Source of the DNA: Rubripirellula sp.
GTDB taxonomy: Bacteria > Planctomycetota > Planctomycetia > Pirellulales > Pirellulaceae
Reading direction: 5' to 3'
DNA length: 64,000 bases
Assembly: GCA_965216875.1 (NCBI GenBank)
Contig: OZ244207.1
Location: 224,001-288,000 of the forward strand
This document shows positions 47,679 to 56,900 of the stretch, piece by piece (the stretch's first letter is position 1; each line of letters begins with the position of its first letter). The translations under genes were made by a program, and so were the position numbers. The notes beneath the pieces were generated by a model. That model was given only the letters and a program-made list of their open reading frames with translations. It did no database searches and was not told the origin of the DNA.

Positions 47679-50600
47679 CTAGGCACCGACCGGAACAGGC
47701 ATGATCGCCGAATCGTCTTCCGGTTCTGTGTCGTCGGATGACGTTTCCTCGACGTTGTCTTCGGGCCATTCGCGTTGTTGCGGATCTGTCTGTTCGTCAT
47801 CGGTCACCGCGTGCGACTGATGCTCACTCGCCAGAATCAGGTAAAGTGCTGGCACGACAAACAGCGTGAACAACGTTCCCGTTGCCATGCCGATCACCAA
47901 CACGATGCCGATGCTGTTTCGTGCTGCTGCTCCAGCGCCTACGACATAGACCAGTGGCAAGTGACCGAGTACCGTGGCGACTGAAGTCATCAACACTGGA
48001 CGCAAACGCGTCAGCGACGCTTCGACAATGGCCTTGCGTTTCGACAGGCCCTGTTCTCGCAGCGAGTTTGCAAACTCGACAATGAGGATCCCGTTCTTGG
48101 CCACCAAGCCAACCAGCGTGATCAGTCCAACTTGCGAATAGATGTTAATCGTGGTGAAGCTGAGGCAAGTCAACGTCAACACTGCGGTCATCGCCAGCGG
48201 CACCGATCCCAACAGCACGATCAGCGGATCGCGGAACGAGCGGAATTGAGCAGCGAGTACCAAGTAGATCAGGATCAAGGCAAAGCCAAGCGTTGTCGCC
48301 AGTTTCGATCCTTCCTTGCGAATCTGACGAGATTCTCCCGCATGATCGAGGGCAACCGAGGTACCAGCCACTTCGTTGGCGATCTGTTCGAGCGTTTCGA
48401 GTCCGGCAGTCTTGGTGAGTCCTGGGTAGACCGCTGCGAAAATGCGAACCGCGCCTTGCTGTTGGAACCGTGTCAACGCGCGTGGTGCCGTTTCGGGCTC
48501 AATCGATGCAAACGAGGAGACGGGGATCAGCTGCCCGCTTGGCCCACGGACTCGCAAGTCCATCAAGGCTTGTGATGATTGGCGGTCGCGTGCCTCGAGT
48601 TGTGGGATCACTCGGTACGATCGGTTGAAGTAATTGAATCGGTTGACGTAACCACCGCCGAGCAACACGCCAAGTTCGCGTCCCACAAGTGCTTGGTCGA
48701 GTCCCAAGTCAGCCAGGCGTTCACGATCGACAACAACTCGCGCTTGAGGTAAGTCGACCTTTAGATCGGTGTCAACAAACATGAACATGTTTGCGGCGCG
48801 AGCACGGCGAACAATTTCGTCGGCAAGCTCGCGCTGTCGCGCAACGGGCAGGTCGCTTTTTAGCAACAACTCAACGTCGTAATTTCCCGCTCCTGGAAGT
48901 GGCGGCACGAGGACGGGGAAGGCTTCGAGGCCTGGGTTCATCGACGCACCGGCAAAGACTTCAGGCAAGATCTCTTGCGTGTTTCGTGAGCGTTCATCCC
49001 AGTCGGTGGTGATCACACCACCGAAGCCACCGCTGGAGCTGACCAACGCCCACATATAGTCGGTCTCGGGGATCTCTTCGAAGGAGTCCGCAAGATTGCT
49101 CGCCCACTTGGTCGATGCCTTCAACGTCGAATCGGGAGACGCGGTCAACATCACGGCGATCGCGCCTTCATCCTCGACGGGGGCAAGTTCGCGGGCCGAG
49201 AATTGGTAGAGCGGAATCGCGGCCAAGCCAGCGACCAATGTCGCAAACGCAATCGAAAACCGAAGATTCAGCGCGACGGACAGCAGTTTTGCGTAGCCTC
49301 GTTTGAGCCAATCGAAAACTCGGTTGACCAGCCGAGTCATCAGCCCTTCGCGTCCACCGGGAGGAATGACAAACGCACTCATCACGGGCGACAACGTGAC
49401 CGCGACAATTCCCGAAACCACGACTGCAGCAGCAAGCGTGAAGGCAAATTCGCGGAACAACATTCCGGTCAGACCACCCTGGAACCCGATCGGCGCATAG
49501 ACTGTTGCCAAGGTGATCGTCATTGCGATGATCGGGCCAACCAGTTCGCGTGCACCCGAGAGCGCAGCTTGGATCCGTCCCTGGCCCTGTTGGATATGAC
49601 GCTGGACGTTTTCGACAACCACAATCGCGTCGTCAACAACAAGTCCCACCGCAAGCACGATTGCCAACAAGGTTAACAGGTTCAATGAGAAGCCCATCAT
49701 CAGCATGACGATGGTCGCACCAATCAGCGAAACGGGCATCGCAACCAAAGGAACCAACGCCGTTCGCAGCGACCCCATGAACATGAACACAACGATGCCG
49801 ACAATCAAAATCGTTTCGGCAAGTGTTTTTGAGATCTCCGTCAGCGATTTACGCATGAATTTGGTGCCGTCATAGGCCAGTCCCATGTCGACATGAGCCG
49901 GCAATTCAGGCTCGAGTTCTTCCATCGCCGCTCGCAGCGCCGTCGAAACCTCGATTTCGTTGCTGCCAGGAAGTGGCCAGACGCTGACGTAGATCGCTTC
50001 CTTACCGCGATACATCGCAGTCATGAGCGGTTCCTCGCTGGCCAATTCGACGCGAGCGACGTCGGCCAGACGAATGATCGTGCCAGGGGAATCCTCACTC
50101 GGCGGCACTTGCTGGACGATCAAGTCTTCGAATTCTTCGACGGTCTTCAAGTCCGTGTTGGTAAGCAAGTCGACTTGAACCGAATCGCTTTTGACTTGTC
50201 CGATCGCAGCAAGGAAATTGTTCCGCTGCAGCGCCGAATAGACATCGCCGGGTGTGAGATTGAGTTTGCTGAGTTCGGTGGGTGAGATCCAAACTCGCAT
50301 CGCAGGCGTTTGTCCGGCCTCGATCCCTACCTTTTGCACGCCTTGCAGAACCGAAAGTCTCGGTTGGACATTTCGCGTCAGGTAATCGGTCAGCTGCGAA
50401 AGGTCGAATTCGTCGGAAGTGAACGACAGATAGAACGAGGCATACGGCTTATCTGCACGCACCAACTCGATTGTGGGTGGCTCGGCCTCACTCGGTAATT
50501 CACTTCGGACTTGCTGGAGTCGCGCGTTGACCTCGGCCAGTGCTTTGGTCGAATCGTGATTCAAGTTCAATCGAATGGTGACCGAACTGAGTCCGGCGGT

Positions 50601-50855
50601 GCTTTTTGATTCGATGTAGTCGATGCCGGCAACGGATGACACGGCGCGTTCGATCGGCGTTGTCAGGAAGCCGCGGACGGTTTCGGCACTGGCGCCAAAG
50701 TAAACCGTGTTGACGTTGATCGAGGTGCTCTCGAGTTTTGGATACTGTTGGATCGGCAGCGACATGGCGCAGCGGACCCCAACCAGTATCAGAACCAGGT
50801 TCACCACAATCGCCAGGACGGGATGGCGAATGAAGATGTCAGTGATCGATTTCAT
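47679..50855 (-). CDS. RND efflux transporter permease subunit
   Basis: FIRHPVLA, GLVVDDAIVVVEN, AKNGILIVEFAN, RLRPVLMT. Confidence 0.96.
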   Translation of the reverse strand: MKSITDIFIRHPVLAIVVNLVLILVGVRCAMSLPIQQYPKLESTSINVNTVYFGASAETVRGFLTTPIERAVSSVAGIDYIESKSTAGLSSVTIRLNLNHDSTKALAEVNARLQQVRSELPSEAEPPTIELVRADKPYASFYLSFTSDEFDLSQLTDYLTRNVQPRLSVLQGVQKVGIEAGQTPAMRVWISPTELSKLNLTPGDVYSALQRNNFLAAIGQVKSDSVQVDLLTNTDLKTVEEFEDLIVQQVPPSEDSPGTIIRLADVARVELASEEPLMTAMYRGKEAIYVSVWPLPGSNEIEVSTALRAAMEELEPELPAHVDMGLAYDGTKFMRKSLTEISKTLAETILIVGIVVFMFMGSLRTALVPLVAMPVSLIGATIVMLMMGFSLNLLTLLAIVLAVGLVVDDAIVVVENVQRHIQQGQGRIQAALSGARELVGPIIAMTITLATVYAPIGFQGGLTGMLFREFAFTLAAAVVVSGIVAVTLSPVMSAFVIPPGGREGLMTRLVNRVFDWLKRGYAKLLSVALNLRFSIAFATLVAGLAAIPLYQFSARELAPVEDEGAIAVMLTASPDSTLKASTKWASNLADSFEEIPETDYMWALVSSSGGFGGVITTDWDERSRNTQEILPEVFAGASMNPGLEAFPVLVPPLPGAGNYDVELLLKSDLPVARQRELADEIVRRARAANMFMFVDTDLKVDLPQARVVVDRERLADLGLDQALVGRELGVLLGGGYVNRFNYFNRSYRVIPQLEARDRQSSQALMDLRVRGPSGQLIPVSSFASIEPETAPRALTRFQQQGAVRIFAAVYPGLTKTAGLETLEQIANEVAGTSVALDHAGESRQIRKEGSKLATTLGFALILIYLVLAAQFRSFRDPLIVLLGSVPLAMTAVLTLTCLSFTTINIYSQVGLITLVGLVAKNGILIVEFANSLREQGLSKRKAIVEASLTRLRPVLMTSVATVLGHLPLVYVVGAGAAARNSIGIVLVIGMATGTLFTLFVVPALYLILASEHQSHAVTDDEQTDPQQREWPEDNVEETSSDDTEPEDDSAIMPVPVGA

Positions 50856-51997
50856 TCAAGAGGCTCCTGACCTTCTTGTACTGCGTCGATCGGTCCGAGC
50901 AGCGACCCTTCGAAGACTTTGAATGAGCCATCGGTGACAACCAAGTCGTCCAGCGACAATCCACCCACAACGCGAGCCATCGTTCCATCGCTGCCGCCAA
51001 GTGCCACGCCCACCGCGGTTGCACGTAGTGATGTCGTGCCATCTTCATTCGGGCTCTCTTTGGCCAAAAAGACGGTGGTGCCCGAAGGGCCACGGCGAAT
51101 TGCCGTTTGTGGGACGAGAATCGCTTCGATCTGGGGACCAAATTCAACGGTGACGAGTACCGAGTCTCCTGGCACAAGCGTTTCGGGCGGCGAATCCAAA
51201 CGGGCTCGCACCGTCAACGAACGCGAGACCGCATCGGCACGCGAGTCCATCGCGACGACGCTTGCTGACAGGGGCGCCGAATACGAGTTTGGACGCATCA
51301 CCACGGAATCGCCCACGGCAATTTGATCCGCGATATGACCAGGGACTGCGAAATCAACGTTGAGGTAGTCGGCAACGCCTTCAAGTGAAACGATGTCAGT
51401 GCCAGCAGCCAGGTATTGACCGGGGTGCAAATCGAACAATCCAACCCGGGCGTCAAACTGAGCCCGAATCCGTTTGCGATCGATCATCACTTGAAGTCGT
51501 TCGACTTCCGCCGCCGCTCGTTCGGCGTCGGCGAGCGCGATGTCCAGCTCTTGGACACTTGTTGCTTTGGCCAGTTGCAAACGTTCGGCTCGGGCTAGAA
51601 GTGTCTTGGCTTGTCGCTGCGTCGCCTGAGCTGATTTGAGTGCGGCACGCTCGAGACGATCGTCGATTTGGACCAGAAGGTCGCCCGCTTTGACTACGCC
51701 CCCGGGCGTCATCGCGACTTCGGTCACCACACCGGTTTCTTCATTCCTTAAGTCGACCGAGCGGTGTGCCATCGCGCTGCCAACCACCACGGTTGCTTTG
51801 CGAAACGAGGTCGTCCGCGGCTGAAAGAGATCGACGGTGACCGGCATTTCGGGCGGAGGTGGCGCGGCCATTGCCGCTTGAACCTGTTGGACCTTTGCCC
51901 AACCGATCGCAACGATCACGCCGCCAACGGCTGCCAGCAGACCGATCGACCCGCCGAGCGTGACCAATCGACTTCGCCACTTGCTTGGTAAAGACAT
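50852..51997 (-). CDS. RND efflux periplasmic adaptor (MFP) subunit
   Basis: N-terminal TM, lipoyl/hairpin motifs (VKAGDLLVQID, IRAQFDARVG); 4-bp overlap with the permease. Confidence 0.92.
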   Translation of the reverse strand: MSLPSKWRSRLVTLGGSIGLLAAVGGVIVAIGWAKVQQVQAAMAAPPPPEMPVTVDLFQPRTTSFRKATVVVGSAMAHRSVDLRNEETGVVTEVAMTPGGVVKAGDLLVQIDDRLERAALKSAQATQRQAKTLLARAERLQLAKATSVQELDIALADAERAAAEVERLQVMIDRKRIRAQFDARVGLFDLHPGQYLAAGTDIVSLEGVADYLNVDFAVPGHIADQIAVGDSVVMRPNSYSAPLSASVVAMDSRADAVSRSLTVRARLDSPPETLVPGDSVLVTVEFGPQIEAILVPQTAIRRGPSGTTVFLAKESPNEDGTTSLRATAVGVALGGSDGTMARVVGGLSLDDLVVTDGSFKVFEGSLLGPIDAVQEGQEPLE

Positions 51998-51999
51998 GG

Positions 52000-52629
52000 C
52001 TAACGCGGGGCCCCCACTTTGTTGTTCTTCTTTGTTGCTCGTTTCACAGGTGCTTTCACAGATTTGTGCTTTTCAAGATCGGCGTCGATAAGGCGTCGCA
52101 GTTGCAGACGAATTTGCGTCGCACGCTTGGCAACGCGGTCGACCGGTAAGAGCGCCGCTTGCAGCCAAAGCCCGTCAACCGAGGTCATCACGAGATCGGT
52201 AACGTTCTGGGACAGTCCATCCCCCTTGAGTTCAAGCGAGAGCCTGCGGTAGTGGTCTTCGGCGTGAGCGGTCATTTGCCCCTGCATCAGAGCGATCATG
52301 ATCGCCGCAATCTCCTGGCTGCTTTCCGGTTTGCACATTGCCGGATCTTTCAGCATGAAGTCGACAAACGCCTTGGTCCGTTTGCCGCCCCCGCGTGAAA
52401 TCGGTTCGAGGTGCTCGGCAAGCTCGCCAAGGCATTCGTCGCTCGAACGCGTCACAAACGCATCAACGAGCGCCTCTTTGGATGGGTAGTGATGCATCAG
52501 CCCTCCCTTGCTGATTCCCGCGCGGCGACAGACCGAGGACAACGTCACTGCCGAAAGTCCCCCCTCAAGGATCAACTCCATGACGGCGAAGAAGATTTGG
52601 TCAACGGTAGGACTGGTGTCTTTAGTCAT
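52000..52629 (-). CDS. TetR/AcrR family transcriptional regulator
   Basis: VTLSSVCRRAGISKGGLMHHYPSKEAL helix-turn-helix. Confidence 0.93.
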   Translation of the reverse strand: MTKDTSPTVDQIFFAVMELILEGGLSAVTLSSVCRRAGISKGGLMHHYPSKEALVDAFVTRSSDECLGELAEHLEPISRGGGKRTKAFVDFMLKDPAMCKPESSQEIAAIMIALMQGQMTAHAEDHYRRLSLELKGDGLSQNVTDLVMTSVDGLWLQAALLPVDRVAKRATQIRLQLRRLIDADLEKHKSVKAPVKRATKKNNKVGAPR

Positions 52630-52635
52630 ACTGCC

Positions 52636-52664
52636 ACTCTACCGACCGACCGGTCGGTCGGCAA
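52636..52664 (-). promoter_or_regulatory. Sigma70 promoter with overlapping 20-bp palindromic TetR operator
   Basis: Minus strand TTGCCG-17 nt-TAGAGT-6 nt-ATG; perfect palindrome CCGACCGACCGGTCGGTCGG at 52642-52661. Confidence 0.8.
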
Positions 52665-52924
52665 GCTGAATCGTCTCCCCTTTTCGGGATTCACGGTGCC
52701 CAGCACCGGCAAAGAAGCGGCTGGCCGCAGGAAGGTTCGCGGTTCATACGACGTCACGTGAAGCATCCCACATTGAACGGTTCGCATTCTCCTTTCACCT
52801 TTCGCGGCAACGAAGCAAACCGAAACGATTGGAGCTGGCGTGAAACTGAGTAACACTTTGGCGTGAGCGACGTTACAAAAGAGTGTCGCGTCTCCTTCAC
52901 GAAAACTTCAAATACAAACAAGCC

Positions 52925-53866
52925 ATGTCTGTGACGTTTTGCCGCTGTCTTGTGATCGGGGTGTTGGCAGCCACCACGACTTCCCTGACGCACGCCGATG
53001 AGGAATGGATTACCGATCCCGCTAAGCTGCTTGCTCATCTTCAGGCACGTGATGCCGCGTTCGACAACCGTTCATTGACCACCGACCGGATCTGGAGCGA
53101 GAAGGTCTCGCCGGCGGCGCACATCGCCGAAGCTCAATGGCAAGCCCGGCGGTTTGGCGGCGAGCCCATGCCCAAGCCGAAAGAGATTCCCGCAGATTTC
53201 GTGCAGCACCACCGCTTGCGGCAAATGTTAACGCTCCGCGGAGACGAAGTGACGCTTGAGAGACAGGGCGATTTGGAACCCAAGCCGCATCCTCAATACG
53301 TCGCGATCGACAACGTGGGGCATCGCTGGAGCAACGTTGGGGGCATCGTTCGATCGTACAGTCCCGAGACCAAGACCTTGCACCTCTCAGGACCAACGAA
53401 GCCGGAGAGCATGCTTTTGAGTTATCAAAAGATGATGGTGTGGTGTAGCGGTTTCGGTTTTACTCGAGGAATGAAGTCAATCGAATCAGCAAGAGTGGAT
53501 GGCGAAATGCTTGTCGTCAAAGCGAAGTCGCAGTTACTCGGTTACGACACGAGCGACGTTGAACTGCGCCTCGATCAAGACTACATCGTCCGCCAGGCCA
53601 ACATCTTCACCCCGGTCAAGATTGGTACTGGCGGCAACAAGTACGTCATCAAGACTCGGGGGACATTCGATCAACACGATGCACCGCCGGTTGCCAAACA
53701 TGGTTCTTACCAGCGGATTCTGGCGCCCGAAGGCAAGCCGGAACGCGTTTACACCGAATACGATTTCGAGTTTGCAATGCTCTCGAAAAAACTCACCGAC
53801 ACAGAGTACAAAGAACGCGCAGAGATCACCCCCGATGAAGATGCCCGCGTGCTGAACTTCCCCTAG
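52925..53866 (+). CDS. Secreted hypothetical protein
   Basis: Signal peptide ending THA; beta-rich body; no recognised family. Confidence 0.75.
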   Translation: MSVTFCRCLVIGVLAATTTSLTHADEEWITDPAKLLAHLQARDAAFDNRSLTTDRIWSEKVSPAAHIAEAQWQARRFGGEPMPKPKEIPADFVQHHRLRQMLTLRGDEVTLERQGDLEPKPHPQYVAIDNVGHRWSNVGGIVRSYSPETKTLHLSGPTKPESMLLSYQKMMVWCSGFGFTRGMKSIESARVDGEMLVVKAKSQLLGYDTSDVELRLDQDYIVRQANIFTPVKIGTGGNKYVIKTRGTFDQHDAPPVAKHGSYQRILAPEGKPERVYTEYDFEFAMLSKKLTDTEYKERAEITPDEDARVLNFP

Positions 53867-53888
53867 GTCGGGTCGGGGCGGAAGCGGA

Positions 53889-53921
53889 TGAAGATTCCGG
53901 CTAAAGCCGGTACTACGAACT
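53889..53921. repeat. GTAG-type REP between convergent genes
   Basis: Identical to 40756-40788. Confidence 0.8.
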
Positions 53922-53932
53922 CGCAATGACGA

Positions 53933-56900
53933 TCAGTCTTGAAGGCGTTCGAACAGATCGATCTCGGGAGCCTCGGCGGCGGGCCAAAGGATGAGTGTGC
54001 CATCCCTTCCGGCTGTCATGATCAGGCGATCATCGTGCGAGACATCGACTGCGGTCAGGCCGCGGGTATGTCGGCGCAACGAGATCAACTCGCGGCCTGA
54101 TTGGGGAATCTCCGTCGCATCGACGACCAGCAGATGTTGTTTGCCAACGACCAAATCCCAGAGCCGAGCGGACTTGTCTTCCGAGGCGGTGACCAAACGC
54201 AGTGGTTGATCACCACCACCCAGGAATGACACATCGGAAATCGGTGCGGCGTGCCCCCGGAATGTGATCGGCGACTCGGGATGTTCCAGATCCCAGACCT
54301 TGGCAAAATGATCCTCACCGCCAATAGCGATCATGTTGCCCGAGGGTGAAAATTGGCCGCATGTTGCAGCTATGTTTTTGCCAAAGGACGACTCAAAGGT
54401 GACCTTGGTGTTGTGCCGATTCCAGACAACGACTTGGCCTTCAGATCCGGTGGCCAACAGAGATTGGCCTGATGGTGAAAAGCAGACGCTTCGCACCGCT
54501 TGTTCGTTTTGCGTTTTGTATGGATGGATCGGTTGGAAAGCTTGTGACTTGGCGCTCCACAACCAGGTTCGCACGACGCCATCGTCGCCGCCACTGACAA
54601 ACAAGTAGTCACCGGATGCATCGGCAACGGGCGAAAACTGAACCGATCGCACGACGCCTCCATGCGGCGATTCCAGTTTTCCGACAGCTTTCCCTGTCGC
54701 CGCATCCCATATTTTGATCGCGCGACTTGCCGTCACGACATAGCGTCCGTCAAACGAGAATCCCGTTTGCGTGATCGCTGCGTGAGATCGATAGCTCTTG
54801 TTGAGCGCCGTTGTGGCGAGGTCCCAGCGAAAGGCTGATTCTCCGTTGAGCGTTACGATTTCCTGTCGTGATAGCGGCATCGCAATTTGAGCCGCATCGA
54901 GTTGGTCTGGGATCTTTGACGATTGAATCACGCGGCTCTGATCAACGCGATCGTCGAGTTGCCAAAGGGTGACGCTTGGTCCTTTTGCTGAATGGGAGCC
55001 GCTCGCCCCACTGCCTGAACGACTGATGGTCGCCAAACGATTGGAGTTTCCAAAACTCGCCGAGGTGATTCGTCCCTTCTGTTGCAATGGCGAATCGATG
55101 GATTCCAAGATACGCTGGCTGCCGTTTCGCAGGTTCCAAAGCGTCGCCTCACTTTCAATGCGATCGCGCGTGAGCGACTCACTTACGGTCAATGCCATCA
55201 CGCCATCGGCGGAAAGCGAGACGTGCGTGACGTATCCAGCGTGCGCTTGGTTTTGGAGTGGCTTGCCGGACTCAACGTCGATCTCAAAGAGTTGGCGTTT
55301 GTCGGAAGCGACCAACAGACGCGTGCCATCGGGCGTAAACGCAGCATCATTGATTCGGTCGCCACGCAGCACTTCGATCGGACCAACAAGCCGCTGCCCC
55401 GTTGCGGTGGACCAGATGTAGGCAACACCGTCACGGTCTCCCGTGAACATTAACGATTCGTCCGACGAGAGCGCGAGGGAGGTTACCGCCTGTTGGTGCG
55501 TTCCCAGGCGATGCTTGATCGTAGCCCGGCCTGACGAATCGATGGACCACAAGAATGCCTTGTGCTCGGTCGAGCTCGAACCGGTTAGCAGCAGTTCGCC
55601 CGACTTGGAAACCGCGATCGAATGGTTCAGCCCCGTACCGGGAACGCTGGCCAGCTGCACTCCGCGTCTGAGGTCCCAGACGCGAACGACGGCGTCGGAA
55701 CTGCCGATGAAGAGTCGTCCGTGGTGTTTGTCGATGGCCAAGGACATTCCAACAAAGGGGCTGCCTTCGCTCAATTCGTCGCTTTGCACCTGCGTTTCGC
55801 CGTCATCCAGAACTGCGATTTCGCGGAATGCCAACGTGTCGGGGTCGATCGCCATCAGTCGAGCCTTTTGGTCACGACTCGCGGAAACCACGCGACGTCC
55901 ATCGGGGCTAAATCGCGCCGACCAAACGGCATCGTCATGAGGGGAGGCAAGTCGAACGATGGGCTTCGAGATGATGGCGGCTTCGTTGTAGCTCGTCGAA
56001 ACCCAGGTTCGCAATGTTTCATCGGAGGCAGCGGAAAGGACGGTGACCTGTTCGCTGGGGTCATTGCCGAGAGCGACGATCGAAGCCGCCGAAATGGGGC
56101 CACCATGGCCTTGGAACGTCATTTTCAGGGACGCTGATCGGCTATCCCATAGCTTGAGTGTGTAGTCTTGAGAGCTCGAAAGGAGTGTGCCGTCAGCGGC
56201 GAGTTGCAATGACGTGATCACATCTTCGTGCGCGGTGGCCATCGTTGTGAAGTTGGAGTTGGCCGAAACGAATCGTCGATTGCTCGCTTCATCGCGAAGG
56301 ACAGCTACCTCGGCATCGTTTTCATCATCGGATCGAGGGCGTGTGGTTTCGCCGCTGACGCCGGCGACTGAATCTTCGATGGCCCGTTGGTAGTCGATGG
56401 GCAGCACTCGCCTTGGATTCCAAACAAGAATGTTCCCCGACGTGTCGCCAGATGCAGCGACTGACAGATCGGGGGCGAGCGCGACGGCCGTCACCGGAGC
56501 ATGATGACCAACGAAGTCGCCAACGCGTTCTGCCTCGAACTGTGCACCTTTGGGGTTCAAGTTCCACACAACGACCTTTCCGGTCGACTCATCAGCGGCG
56601 ACAGCGGCAACGACGATCGAACGCGAATTCGAATCGCTTGAGGTCGCCGCATTGACGCGTTGAACGGGAGCGATGTGCCATCCAACAGCAAGCGCATCGC
56701 CATCCTGGGTCCACAGTCGCATCGCGTGATCGTTCGACGCCGAAACGATGTAGCCAGCGACGAACTGCAAATCGTTAACACCGCTCGCTTTGTCCTCGTC
56801 AACAAACCAGCGTTTGGGTTGCTGTAACGATTCATCAAGAAGGATGATCTCGCCAGCTGATGTGCCGATCGCAACATGCCCGCGATCAGAGATCGTGGCA

